The notes: generated by a model not told the origin, from the sequence alone. A stretch of 64,000 bases of DNA from Takakia lepidozioides (GCA_030704615.1 CM060731.1:53010001-53074000), one strand, 5' to 3'; positions 50,815-63,740 are shown, counted from the first letter of the stretch. Made by a program: numbers and translations.

Positions 50815-51010
50815 GCCCCCACGTGCATATGCTTCCGCGATTTCCGCTATCGTGCTACCAATGGTTTCCTGCTCCATACGAATGAGCTCGGACTCGGAGA
50901 CACACCACAAACCGTAAACGCATGCAATTTTTCCACATATCGTCCTAAAAAATAAGCACGTCAGCACAAAATGAAGGCGAAAATAGTGGAAGCATATGCA
51001 CGATGGTGGC
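50815..51010 (-). ncRNA. miRNA-like foldback 1 (copy B)
   Basis: 50822-50846 pairs with 50977-51002. 50980-51010 is identical over 31 nt to the copy A arm. Confidence 0.5.
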
Positions 51011-51352
51011 TATAGAGCCCCGCCAGCCCTCTCATGTTCAGGCACACCCTTCATCGTCATTAAAATCGCCATAAACAAGAACAACAGCCGCATGCGTGCA
51101 AAGTCACCTCCGCAACATTGGACAACAAATAGCCGCAAGAACGAGACAACAAGAACGAGTGGGCGAGTTCGTGGCAGGGTGTTACGATCTTCCATGCCCT
51201 AAACATGGATGGCGCGGATGGGTTTCTCAGAATGGACGATCCAGATCCTTCGGCCGGCGCGGACTGGCAGACTGGCAGACTGGGGGGCAGCAGACGGGCA
51301 CAACGGACTGTTGGGTGGACTTGCGGGGACTGACACAGTGGACTGGCGTGCA

Positions 51353-51851
51353 NNNNNNNNNNNNNNNNNNNNNNNNNNNNNNNNNNNNNNNNNNNNNNNN
51401 NNNNNNNNNNNNNNNNNNNNNNNNNNNNNNNNNNNNNNNNNNNNNNNNNNNNNNNNNNNNNNNNNNNNNNNNNNNNNNNNNNNNNNNNNNNNNNNNNNNN
51501 NNNNNNNNNNNNNNNNNNNNNNNNNNNNNNNNNNNNNNNNNNNNNNNNNNNNNNNNNNNNNNNNNNNNNNNNNNNNNNNNNNNNNNNNNNNNNNNNNNNN
51601 NNNNNNNNNNNNNNNNNNNNNNNNNNNNNNNNNNNNNNNNNNNNNNNNNNNNNNNNNNNNNNNNNNNNNNNNNNNNNNNNNNNNNNNNNNNNNNNNNNNN
51701 NNNNNNNNNNNNNNNNNNNNNNNNNNNNNNNNNNNNNNNNNNNNNNNNNNNNNNNNNNNNNNNNNNNNNNNNNNNNNNNNNNNNNNNNNNNNNNNNNNNN
51801 NNNNNNNNNNNNNNNNNNNNNNNNNNNNNNNNNNNNNNNNNNNNNNNNNNN
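51353..51851. other. Scaffold gap (about 500 N)
   Basis: Run of N; true size and contiguity are unknown. Confidence 0.99.
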
Positions 51852-52318
51852 NTATCAAAGTGGCATGCAAACAAGTCTATCTGACGACAAGCTGCTGCTT
51901 GCTATACCTATCTTCTCTACATGGTGTCTTAGAAACAGCTACACAGGCGCCAGCAGGATAGTCCATTCAGCTGCGATAACAGTCCAGCTGGCACTACAAT
52001 GACCTACGTGGACGAATCTAGTCACTAATTGACCTACGTGTACTTTACATTGTCACCTTACAATGCTAAGCTGGAAGTGACTTGGCAAGTCATTACGCAA
52101 CTGACTAACAAGTCAATTGAGACACTTCACAGTGAAGAGCGAGGCCAAGGAGGCAGCCTCCTAGACTAGTGCACCTTCGACAGTCGAGACAGACGGACGA
52201 AATGCGTGGTAAAGGAATAGAGAGTGCATGGAGATTGATCAGTGTTGCGCATCGTCAGGATACACATCTTTTGCAAGTCCTTCGGTATGTGATGTGTGCT
52301 CTGCAATTCTTTCACTGG

Positions 52319-53049
52319 CTAAGTCGCCTTAACGTAGAATGCATAGATGCAGGTGTAGCGTGACTTCCATATGTGGCCCTTACGGTCGCTGGCTTTGAGG
52401 TCTGGTTGAGCACCATGGTAAGTGTTGTAACGCTGGATGTACGCCACTTCGCCGAAGTAGTTCCTGCAGAACAACAAGGTTCCAATTGATCTCAGATTAA
52501 TTGATCATTCTATCTTCTTCCACACACAAAAGTCGTGAATTCAGATTCTCTTCAGATTGACAGTCATGTGACAGAAATGCGTCAGGCTTGTGCATGCGCA
52601 GAAACTCACTTGTCTCCTGCAGACTGCGTGGCGCCGAGTAGAGCCCAGGCGACGTTTTTCTTGGCCTCGACAACCTTCGCCTCCACTTTGCATGTCACAG
52701 CGCTGTAGGGGAATCCTTTCGAAGGGAGGGTATCCCAACTAGGCTGGCCGCCGAGACTATCAGGGTGCGGCAGGAAGTAGTGAAGCCCAACCTCTTGCTT
52801 CTTCATGTTATACAATGCAGCCGTTGCATTGTTGTTCACCCAGGCCGATCCATCGAATTCCCAGTACTGGTAGCCCTTTGCAGAGAGAAGCATCTTCAGC
52901 TCGTATCCTGCAGGTATGCTGATTTGGGCTGGAAGTTTTGGGACAGTTGTTGAGGTTTCTGTCAGGTCCCGTGCGGCATTAGTAACATGACAAATTGATA
53001 CAGAAAGAATTAGAACGACTCTCAACGCCCACGATCCTCCAACCGCCAT
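52319..53049 (-). CDS. Secreted DUF3455-family protein, 2 exons (53049-52610, 52463-52319)
   Basis: Hydrophobic signal peptide; LLSAKGYQYW...ATAALY...VGLHYF...PSW...VAWALL...VAYIQRYNTYHGAQP...YTCIYAFY. Clean GT-AG intron. Confidence 0.82.
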
Positions 53050-53920
53050 CGCTGCTTCTTGTGCCTTTCTTGTGTCCAGTCTCACCAGTCTCACACACAG
53101 ATGAAACCCACAATTGATGCACTGCAATAAGAACAAGCTTAATCAACAGCTATGTTACTTTACTGGATCAGAAGCTTATCGCTCCCCGTCTTTATACAGT
53201 CCGACTGAGTGTGGACCGTTGTTCTCCCAAACTAACTCTGAAATGATACTATATACAAACAGTGCAACACGGAAGGTGCTCACACACGGAGGAGGTCAAC
53301 AGGGTATGACGTAGACCAAGCTCGGAACCCGCTTGACTCGGAAATGTCACCAGCTATTCCAAGGTAAGTATCTACAAGCTGTTCACAGACAAACACACTA
53401 TAAAAGCTTTCCAAGCCTGCGGCATGCATGGCTCCATCCGTTGCCTTTTCATATGAAAGTAAGGGATAAGTTAGAACTTTATCGTTGTCGACAAAATCTT
53501 TATTTGCCGATAAGGAACTCTCTCTGTACTTTTCTGATGTCGGTACATACTTGCACAGAATCTTCGGACATGCAATTGATGACTCGCAATGAAGAAAAAA
53601 GAGTACGAGCGAGGCTAGTCGTAGCGTGCAGAATTTTTGGGGAAATTCTAGAAGCACTTCCAACGCTTTTTTGTCCACAAAACTTAGTCTATTGCGATAC
53701 ATTCTTGCTTTCCACTTTCACTCGTTTTGTTGATTTTGCGTGACTATCACTGACTCGGAATGGACGGTGTCAACGAGGAAGGTCCTCTGCTGCGGTCACG
53801 GGTACATGTATCCAGAAACATTCATGAGAGGTGAGAGGTATAAATGAAACAAGAAGAACGAAATGTTTGCTAAACGTCTGCTGCCCCGGATAGTTGACGA
53901 GGTGGATAATTTGTACTGCT

Positions 53921-54449
53921 TGTTAGCAGGGCAAATATAGCCCGACTATAGTGGGTGGCTCGGGACTACAGTAACGGGAGGTAGCTCATTTACGATGATC
54001 ACCTCGAGAATCGAACTCATGCCGTTACAACTCATGGACACGAACAGATCAACCACTTTGGGGTTCGATCCCTGGACTAGTGATGGCTTGATGATTCTAA
54101 GTATTTGGATTGGCTGGAACACTGCGAGAACTAAATGCACAAAAAGACAATGTACAGGTGATGGATTGATGACAAGTGGATCCTGGGGAGCATAGCCCGG
54201 GGTGACATGATGGATAACTTATCACTGGGGCCCCAAAGAGTATGGAAGGTGGACGCTTTCTAACACTCACAAGTCATAACGGGCTGGGGCAACGCGGTTG
54301 CAGGCCAAGGACTTGAAGTCCCCAGGTATCAACACATTAAGTATCGGTTGACCGGTACTTCCATTTTATACCGGTTACTTGGCCATAATGGGCTACCTGG
54401 CTTTGAACTTTGAACCCACGACCACCTGGAGGTGGCCTTTGCCCTACCA
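53921..54449. mobile_element. Possible solo LTR
   Basis: TG...CA ends with a short inverted repeat (agggcaaa / tttgccct). No TSD found. Confidence 0.3.
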
Positions 54450-54466
54450 GGACGAACAGGAACAGA

Positions 54467-55122
54467 GTTTTTTTTTTTTTTTTTTTTTTTTCTTCTTCTT
54501 CTTCCGAACAGGGGAAGGCCCTGAATTAGTTTTATTGAGTTTATTGTGGGGAAAAATATTAAAACTCCAGATTACACCATGAGGTACACACACCGTAGTC
54601 ACTGATGAACGAACTAACCTTCCGAAGGGAGAAGAAGACCTAGGGTTACAAGCCCTATGTAGAAGTCACAACCGTAGGGGGTTGCTTTCAATGAAGGCAG
54701 TCGCTTATGGACTGGTGAGATCTACAAGGAATCTAAAATGTGGGAGCCACTTGGAACCTGTCCTAAGTTTCTTTGTGTGCACGATCTGTGCACGAATGGA
54801 TCTCAGCGAAATTTTAGTCTAGCAGCGATAATTCCTTAAGCACTCTGTTGGCTATTCCATTCTCCCACCTTAAGCACTCTGTTGGCTATTTGCCTTAGAA
54901 AGGCGGACATCTTGGCTGGCCTTGTTATTTCCCAGATACATGTCCAGATTAATTTCCAGTTTTCCTCCACAAACCCGTAAAATTGCCATTTCGAGTTCCA
55001 TTTGGCCAAGAGGGGGCTGGGAATGTCAGAGCCTTGTATGCTGTTCTGGTGGTGTACGCGAAGAAGGGAGTCGGAGATCTAGAGAAAGCCCAGGACCACT
55101 CTCCTGAATCGAGGGAAGCTCT
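54467..55122 (-). mobile_element. LINE 3' end with poly(A) tail, cut by the CACTA insertion
   Basis: Poly-T/(CTT)n at 54468-54502. 3' terminus matches the LINE end at 22771-22811. SLDSGEWSWAFSRSPTPFFAYTTR matches LDIDPMEWSWKFSGSPKPFFSYTTR at 21600. Confidence 0.8.
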
Positions 55123-56280
55123 CACTACAACATATGAACGTTTTTATGACTTCACATATGACTATTTTTTAGTCTTATATGCGTTCATGACTACATCACT
55201 CTGTAGTGAAAAAAACCCTGTCATAGCGACTAGTCTTTAGGACTGTGTTTTGCAAGTCATATCCGTGACTGCTTGCGTGGCATTGGAGTCCTGCTGCAGA
55301 GAGGGTTGCAGTCACAACTATATGACTAATATATGACTACATCTGTTGAGCGCTGCCTACATGGAGAGGCTTCAGCGGGACACGTGCGCCACTGCACAAG
55401 CGACACGTCATGCATTCGTCAGGGGATCATATGACTAAATGTCTGCAAATTATGCCTACATGGAGAGGCGACGGATGGACACGTGTGCCACTACGAATTT
55501 GACATGTCACGACTTCTTGCCATGATCATATGACTACATGTCTGCACAGTGATGTGCCTACATGGAGAGCGCTAGCGGGACACGTGTGCTATGGCAGATT
55601 TACACGTGGTGACTACATGACTCGCTCATATGACTACAGGGATGTCTACATGGAGAGTTGTTAGCGGGACACCTGTTGCACTTGAATGTGACATGTGGCA
55701 CACAGACAAAATATATGACTAACATATATGACTACGGATCTTTACACATGGTGAAAATATGGATAAAGAATGTCGTGTCATATACTGCCACGTGTTCTGG
55801 TTTGAGCAAGAGTGATGCCACATGTAATCAAGATTGTTTTCCGAAATAGTTTATATTTTATATTTTAGTTTTCATTTAATATTTAAAAGAACAGGGAGAT
55901 TGCAGCATTGGAATTTTTTTTTTAAAATGGTATTATTTTTAATATTATTATTTAAAATGAAAGTGAATTAAATGATTTAAATCTTCATTACATGGTGAAA
56001 TTCCAACATGAAAACAGAATGGATCCCTCCTGCATACTATCAATCACAAGGAGAATGAAAATAGTCAACTACAGGGCAATACAAGCCCTATAAATCACAT
56101 TACAAAAATCCAAATGAGACCAATGTCCCAATGGACACCTCAAAAGCCACAAGGTCAAAAAATCCATGCCTCAAAAGGCCCAGCAAAAAACAAGCAAGCC
56201 CACACATGGGCTGAATTGTTGTAGCTAGTATGTTCGAGTGCTATTAGAATCAAGAACTCTGTTAAACAGTGCAATACTGA

Positions 56281-59200
56281 CTATCCCTTCCGCAGCTCCA
56301 TAAGTTTCAGTAACTTTAGACTCCAAAGTGTTGTCTGGCCAACCACCTGCCCCAACTCGGTATGTTTCCTAACACCTTTCACATATGGTAGAGGTGTGTT
56401 ACTGACACATGCCTCTTTGATGTACACACAGGCATAATCAAGGGGCACAGCAGGGTACCCGTAACCCACCACAGCACCTTGAAGAGCAATAATCAGCCCT
56501 ACTCCACATTTCTTGCGTTTGGAGTTCACATCCAACAGCCGAACCTCGTCACCCACCCTGAACTGTGATCCCAACTCCACACAAAAAAGAACGACGTGTG
56601 AAAACCCATGACATACACACGACTATGACACTCAACATTTGCGAATTAAAGAGAGCCCCAAGGTTGGAAAAAATAAAACAAACAAAAAAGGCCGCCTGGA
56701 CTTACTCCATTTGCAGTCTCCAGTGGTGTGAGACCTCTTTTGGGGGGCTACCCGCCGGGTCGACACTCTTGCCCTTGGTCTGTACCGGCTTGTCGACAAT
56801 ATCACCTTTGTTTGTCACAAGTTCCTGTGTCACAGACCAGAGAACAACCAAGAAAGCAATGAGCAAACAGGAATAGTGAATAGAAACAAAATCCAAGTAT
56901 GAATCAAACAAAAAAAGCCAACATGAAAACCTGCAAAGAAAACCTAGCATTAATCAAGCAACCGAGGAGAAGCATCCAGGAAATGAATGAACCCACAAAA
57001 TTGTAGCCTCTGGAGCACTGTCAGAATGTTTGTACCTTCACAGTAGCAGTGTTGTATGGTTGTTGTCCGAAAACAGGCTGAGACTCCAAAAACTTGGGAA
57101 TACTGGCAGCTTTCGATGCCTTCCACAAGAAAGGCCAAACACCTCTGTTAGATACTCATCAGTTGGTGAATCTGGTTGCACTTTCCATGGCTCTGGAAAA
57201 ATCCCACTGAAGGGAGGATTATTTGCCGCCTTTCTTGGTGTGTCGTCAACAAGAACAGTGTCTCATAAGTCCATTCTGGCCAGTCTGCCCACACTCTAGA
57301 CAAGTTCTTGAAATATAATGGCTTTGAATCAGACCCCTTACGGCATGGGAGGACTAGATCCTCGTCACAGTGAAGGGCATCCCACTGGAAAACCAGCTTA
57401 GTGTGGGCTGCAAAAATATAGTCCACCATTGGGAAGAAGTTGCGAGCTTGGCAACAAGACCACACCGCCACCTCAAAGTGTTCAAAACACTTTTGCAAAA
57501 ATTCATAACAACGTGGTCTCAAAACTACCATCTTCTTGCCACACATCTTCCCCACAAAACCTTTGGGAAGGGATGCAGGCCCATTAGCAGAATGAAAAGA
57601 TTCACATAACAGACCATTTAAGTCCAGAATTAGTAAATGCTTCCTCGTTGGTCCAGGAAGTAAACTGTCATTTGGCTTCAACATGTGAGCAGGAGAAATT
57701 AAAGCAACCTGCTTGTTTGTTTTGTCCCCATCTGCATCTTCCTCCCCATTTAAACTCCCACATACCTGCATACCAGAATCCGGTGTGCCCGGCGGCTCTG
57801 TCACCATTACCCCCTGGACTGCTACTGCCTTTGTACGTGGCAAGGGCTGAATTTCCACGTGTACCTCGCAGTTGGCCTTCCCTATATCCTGCTGCTGCTC
57901 GGTCAAATTCAAAAGATCATCAGTGACAGGAAGACATAAGGGCTTAGATTGAGCACCAGTTACCGTCTAAAATTGGGATTCCAAACATTTGATACTGTCA
58001 CAGCAGAGGCATCCATCGTAGATGTCACTGGTCCTGCGCCTGGTAGATTAATCCCCAATCTGGTCACAATGGCTTTCTGGTACTCAATCATACTCTGCAT
58101 CTGTAATTTTAATTCTGCCATGTCACGTCATTGTGATTCCACCAGTTTGTCCAAGCCATCCATCCTGCCAACTACTGTAGAATATGCGAGACTTCTCTCC
58201 TACCAATCCATGAAAACTTGCCCAAGTATGAGTCAAACAAAAAAAACCTAGCATGAACAACCATTGGAAAGAAAACCCAGGCCAAAAGCCTTGAAAAAAA
58301 CCCTAGCAACCTATGATGCAGCAACCACTCTAGCAGCAACGTGGAAAACACACTTACCCGCCTGTCACTCCCAGCTGACAACCGTGACACTGAACCCTCT
58401 TGAATTTCATATAATGTAGGAGGGCACCCTGATAGTGTTTCCTACAAATTAATCCATGCCACAAACAAACCCATGCCACAAGTCAGTAAGCAATGTGAGG
58501 GCTGACTATATACACATAGCAATTCAATGAGGAACAAAATACAGAGTCGTGATGATGCCACTTACCAAGCGTGCTTCCACCATTGCCTTCCCACCACAGC
58601 CAGTCTTGGTAGGATTCTGAATTGCACCATTTGTCTTCTTCATGTTGCCCGACACTTTGTGGAACACCTCTGTCTGCCAGTAACTTACAAGCTTGTTCCA
58701 TACCTCATCAGATACAGTAATGGGTTTCCCCTTACCACCCAACCACGCAGTGTGTGCTTCATAACGCTGGCTCTTCATTATTCTGCCAATTGTTTGTTTT
58801 AGGTGGAAGTCTTTTAACTTGTGTGGCGTATATGAAAATAGCTTAGCCAGGTGATCTCTGATTTCGTATACAACTTCATCAGGTTGGTTGTTGATGGCAA
58901 GGGAACAATCTAGCTTGCGATAAGCCTGTCCTTTAAGGGCAGCGTGCCATACATTCCGGGTCTGACCATACGGGGCTCCTTTGAGGTTCGTCAAAATCAC
59001 TGTGGGAGGAAGACCTGCAGCTATTCTCTCTTCCTTCACCTTGGCAGCTCCGTGCGCTCAGGAGAATTCAAAGCAGGATCCTGCCAAGTAGGGACTGGTG
59101 GCCATGGCTGTTGGCCAGAAGGCCGAGGACCATACTAGCCATACTGTCCATAAGCAGGAGGATATTCCGGTGGCCTGCCCCCCCATAGCTATTAGGGGTG

Positions 59201-60110
59201 GCAAATATGGTGGAGGAGGATACTGCCCATACTGCCCATATGGAGGAGCACCGTATTGACCCTGACCATATTGAGTGCCAGACTGTGGGTACTGAGGCAT
59301 ACCATAATAAGGTGGGGGTACTGGTGGCACAGAACCCACAACGATGGGAGAGTTAGGGCCACCTCCTGCGTTCTTGTGGGTGCCATCTCCACTGCTAGCA
59401 GCAGGGATCGTGGATCCAGTACGCTTGTGCTTGCCCTGAAAAGAAATTTCCCCAGTACAATGTGGGTGATTACACATACATATAGACAGCAAGCAGCAAA
59501 TCCTTGAATTCAATATAACAAACTGGAAGCACATATCATTTGTAAAGACAAGATTACCCAAAACTCAGTATGATCTTGGGCAGTAAATCTCCCAAATTTG
59601 ATTGGCCCTAATGATGTCCTCCCAGTACATTTTGAACCCTCTTAGGTATGGGGTGTTCCTGAAATCCATAGCAAGAATTCAAATGGACAAACCTGATGGG
59701 TCCATGAGAAGTATCCCTCCAAGTTTTACTGATATTCTGGGTGCATAAGTAACCCAAGTATCTCTATAAGTAGCCATTGTAGCTTAGTACCAGGACGTTG
59801 GTTTCATGGGCAAAGAATTTGAACACACCTGAAGTCTACATTGGCCTGACATCATGCCTTTGGCACTTCAACTTGTCTAGTGGAAATCATTTGTGATTGT
59901 GCCTTGGCTGACCCCTGCATTGTCCAACTTCCCTGTCTTAACAGACATACCCTATCTCTTCATGATCTTACCATACCCTATCTCTTCGTGATTTTACAAA
60001 AACATACATAATTTGAATCATGGTCATTATGAAGAACTATAACTCACAGACGGAGAAGGTGTTCGTAGGGTAGATGATGGGCGTTTTTGTCCTGCGACAT
60101 GAGCATGGGC
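56281..60110 (-). pseudogene. CACTA TnpA/Ptta-like multi-exon gene with an embedded FCP1/NIF (HAD) phosphatase-like domain
   Basis: Pro/Tyr/Gly-rich exon; VSDEVWNKLVSYWQTE...KTGCGG (Ptta/En/Spm-like); KHLLILDLNGLL...VVLRPRCYEFLQKCFEHFEVAVWS...KNLSRVW (NIF-like); C-terminal VRLLD...CGVG...PLPY...LGQVVGQTTLW (Tnp1-like). Frameshifts present; 5' limit uncertain. Confidence 0.7.
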
Positions 60111-60944
60111 ATGTTCTCCTCGGCTTGCCGTGGCATCCGCCGACGACGCACTCGCCTCGCACTAGCGTGGGAGGAGTGGATCGTCCTCATCGTCCTCAGA
60201 AGAGCCCTCATGCAGAATCGTAGTCTTCATCGTCTTCAGTCTGGCACTTTGCCTTGCAGGACCTTGATCCCTAGCTTTTTCCTTCGGAGCGCGTGGCTTG
60301 CGAGGGTGATTCACTCCCGCAAGCCTGCACAAACACTCCATGACCTCCCTCTCAAACAAATGCAAGCATACATACCCTAATACTCTTAAGCCTACGCTGA
60401 ACCACAGCCGCACCCTACCAGGACGTAATGGCTATCCACGAATGACGGCGGACATCTCCCGCCTAATGACACACCCTCCTCAAACCTAATCGTCACTCAC
60501 TGCATGTTTTTGCCTCTCTGTTTGTACAAGTCGCAGCTACTCGCCCCCATTTGTGCTATGAAGCTTATGATCGCTGTAGGAAGGTTAGAGGATAAGGCGA
60601 ATTGTAAGTTTAGTGGGTGGGTATCCAAAGTCAGGAACTAAACTCACCCATCTATCGACTGCTTGAATGTTGCTTCCACCTTCTTTATGGCAGCAATCCG
60701 GCGCTCTCGGAACTTCTCGTACTCAGTGAGAGGGACTGTCACTTCAAAGACCTTCCGCTTCACCATGGACACTCAGAAACGATACTTATAGTATACTATA
60801 GATATAGAAATAGCACATTGGCAGCTGGTGCAAAACAAGAGACAATGCACTGTGCGTAGCATGCAAAGAGGGAAGGGGTGACGTTCAAAGCATGTACAGT
60901 GCAGGTGGCAACCGGATGCGTAGGCGTAGAATAGATGACCGTCT

Positions 60945-62265
60945 ATGGCGAATGGAAGAAGCTTATGCCACAAGGAATGGGCATACATAAAAATGCTATG
61001 CACCTGCGATGAGTGTCATGGAGGAAAAGTACTGTTGTTGGAAACAGTGAGGAATGATTACATGATACACGGGAGGGATCCTCTTCTCCGACGTTGTTCT
61101 CTTCCAGTAAGATCGTCACTTTCCCTCAGCACTTTAGTTTGAATTTTGAATGCCACGATCCTCTTCTCCACATGTCGACATTTCGTTGGGTGATTGTAGT
61201 CAAGAAGTCATAAGATACAGACGTGACTATGACTACGCCACTTCCGTTATCACTTTAATTAATGCACATGTCGTGTTTTCATTGGTCATGTGTAGTCATG
61301 TAGTCATATATGACTAAGTAAGTGATTGCAACTATGACTTCAATGGCTACAAATGTCGTGTTTTGATTGGGTGTATATTCATAAGATACATACGTAAATA
61401 TGACTGCATCACTGCAACGTCACCGTGCCTCCTATGTCATAATATGAACAAGTGTCACATCGTTGTTGGTCCACTCACAAGATGACTATTGGGATGCAGG
61501 GATGTGAATATTTAGATGATGAAGACGAAGGCCCTGCGGCACAGCGGGAGCCCAATGTCACAGAGAACGCAGATGAGAGTGGTGGATTGGAGGTAGAAAT
61601 GCAGCGTGCATTGCAAGAAGCATTTCTCTTTGCAGATGCAAACAGAGAGGACCCCATTCATGGTGGAACCGATCACACATTTGCCGATCATGATGATGAT
61701 CTCGACGATTCCGGAGACAATGAATTTGATGAGAATGCTCACCTGCACGTTGATCCCGAGTATGATAAACTCTTCCGACAGTCGCAATGTCCACTTTTTA
61801 AAGGGTGCTCCATCAGCCGGCTGCAAGCAACTTTGATGTTGCTGAACGCATGCACTACCCACAAGTGCACCAATGCATTTGTGGATGAGCTTCTGGGATT
61901 GTTGCGTAAGAGTTTTTTTGCCTAAAGAGAATTCATTGCCGAAAACTCACTATGAAGCAAAAACCATGATTGCCAAGATGGGATTGCAGTACACCATGAT
62001 TCATGCCTGTGAGCGTGGTTGTGTACTCTTCCGTGGGGAGTATGAGAATGTAGACATTTGCCCAGTGTGCCGTAGTTTCCGTTACATTCCAGGTCGTGGA
62101 AGTGTGCCCAAGAAAGTATTGCGACACTTCCCTGTCATTCCAAGGTTGAAACGTATGTACCGATGTAAATCGATCGCTAACCTCATGACATGGCACGACA
62201 GACATAAGAGCCAGGATGGGTTGGTTCGACATCCAGCTGATAGCAAAGCATGGAGACACATTGAC
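60945..62265 (+). pseudogene. CACTA TnpD/Tnp2 transposase, 5' part
   Basis: LCTCDECHG; NAFVDELLGLL; LPKTHYEAKTMI...IHACERGCVLFRGEY...CPVC...KVLRHFPVIPRLKRMY...HPADSKAWRHID. Frameshift at about 61915. Confidence 0.92.
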
Positions 62266-63706
62266 TGTCGCGCACCTCACTTCGGTAAGCTCCCCTTCAA
62301 GTCATAGTTACTCGCTTTGATGCGCGCGCCTGACTCCCAACCTGGCTGCCCGGGCCAACTTGGAGCTTCGGCTGCTCACCGGGACATAACGGTCCCCCTT
62401 CGCTTCCCTCTAAACCCTCCACCTATTTGGGACTAGGAGAATTCCCTTTTGGTAGATGGCAGTCCGGAACAGCTCCCCACTCTTTGGTCGCTTTCCGGCT
62501 CGTTCGCTTACTCACTAGTTTTTGGTCACCAACGGGCTTGCACCGTTCTCGGGGTTACTACTCCCTATAGATACTTCTGTAGCTGTCCGCGGGGGTTTCA
62601 TAACCAGCCATGCCATTTTATGGCGAACCACCACGAAAACCCTCGACTCCCGGTGATGAGTCGCGGTGAGTCTTGGCCCACTCATCACGGCCCCTATGGA
62701 CCGTGATGAGTCCCAAGGCTCCCCACGACTCCCACCACGAGGTCTCCGCCCCCATGGTGAGTCCTATGCCACCCCCACTAAGTCCCGCTAAGCTACCACC
62801 ACCCCTTGTGGAGCCACCCCCACCGCAACCCGGTGTGCGGGGCTCCACCTAGTGAGCGCCTCCGCCTCCTTGAGTGCCTTGGGCACTCAAGGGTGCTTCT
62901 GCCCCCCATACCTATCGCTGCCGATGCCCCCACTACAGGGGCAGCCCCTCATGTGTCCCGACCCCCTGCCCTCAAGGCAAAGGGCCGCGACACACACCCC
63001 TACCAACAGGGAATCGATGTCCTCATCGACTTGTCCATTTTGTAGAAACGAACATCCAAGTTGTGGCGTCCCACATCAAGGAGTTTGTTTCCGCACCATG
63101 GCGTCCCGAATCGCCTTACTGCAACAACATTGCTTGCGATCGCTCATGATGCCGCTTTTGGCATCACCTTGAGCAAGGGTTCCCTGGAACCCTCTTTGAC
63201 TAGGAAGATAACCTTGAACCAACCGTGCGCCCCAATCACTACAATTGGGTCCGCCTTGGAATGCTGGCCTGAGGTACGGGATCACGCCGAAGCCGCACTA
63301 CGACTTCGTCCCGAGGCTACACGATTATAGTACGTGAACGGAAGCACGTAGCTTCCGCGTTAGCCCGCACTACAAGGCAACCCCCTCGGTAGCGCAGTTA
63401 TAGTACGCGCACGCGCCAGGTGCGCACTAGCACGTGAACTCCCAAAGAAGTCGCAAGTTTCCTTGCCCCTTGGATGGGGGTCACCCGATTTCGGCACTAC
63501 GCAAACACACGATTAACCCAATTTACCTCTCCCACTTTTATAAGCTAGCATGCATTCTACACACTAGCCAACCATACCATGCATCACCATTCCAAACAAA
63601 ATAGGACGCACAACATTTGGAACCCATTTCCTTTATAACAAATTTTTGTACAATACAAGTTTTTGTAATCGGATTCCTAAGCTAGCTAAGCTGGGCTAAG
63701 CATGCA
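62266..63706 (-). mobile_element. 3' LTR (about 1.44 kb) of a Ty3/gypsy chromovirus
   Basis: On minus it starts TG at 63706 right after a polypurine tract and ends ...GCGACA at 62266, exactly where Tnp2 homology stops. Confidence 0.75.
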
Positions 63707-63725
63707 TTTCCTCCCCCACGCTCCA
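63707..63725 (-). other. Polypurine tract
   Basis: ggagcgtgggggaggaaa on minus, between the pol stop codon and the LTR. Confidence 0.7.
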
Positions 63726-63740
63726 AGGTTGATGTCCCCA

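Larger units (their letters stand above)
37468..51352. mobile_element. Mutator-like element copy B (over 13.8 kb), inverted relative to copy A; right end runs into an assembly gap
   Basis: 37496-37634 is the reverse complement of 51203-51352. Same two genes and same subterminal region as copy A, in mirror order. Confidence 0.85.
55123..62265. mobile_element. CACTA (En/Spm) transposon, left part; interrupted by an LTR retrotransposon
   Basis: Terminus CACTACAACA at 55123. Subterminal repeats (catatgacta, tacatggagag) to about 55760. TnpA-like and TnpD-like coding regions inside. Confidence 0.88.

Noticed and set aside
25134-51352. Recent giant inverted duplication or haplotype mis-assembly as the explanation for the mirror structure
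   Set aside because: A and B differ throughout (many amino-acid changes, different TIR variants and arrays), and each has its own matching TIR pair.
51096-51961. 200-260 aa ORFs
   Set aside because: Artefacts of translating through the N gap.
62449-63330. Pro-rich ORFs
   Set aside because: Inside the predicted LTR with no gag/pol motifs.
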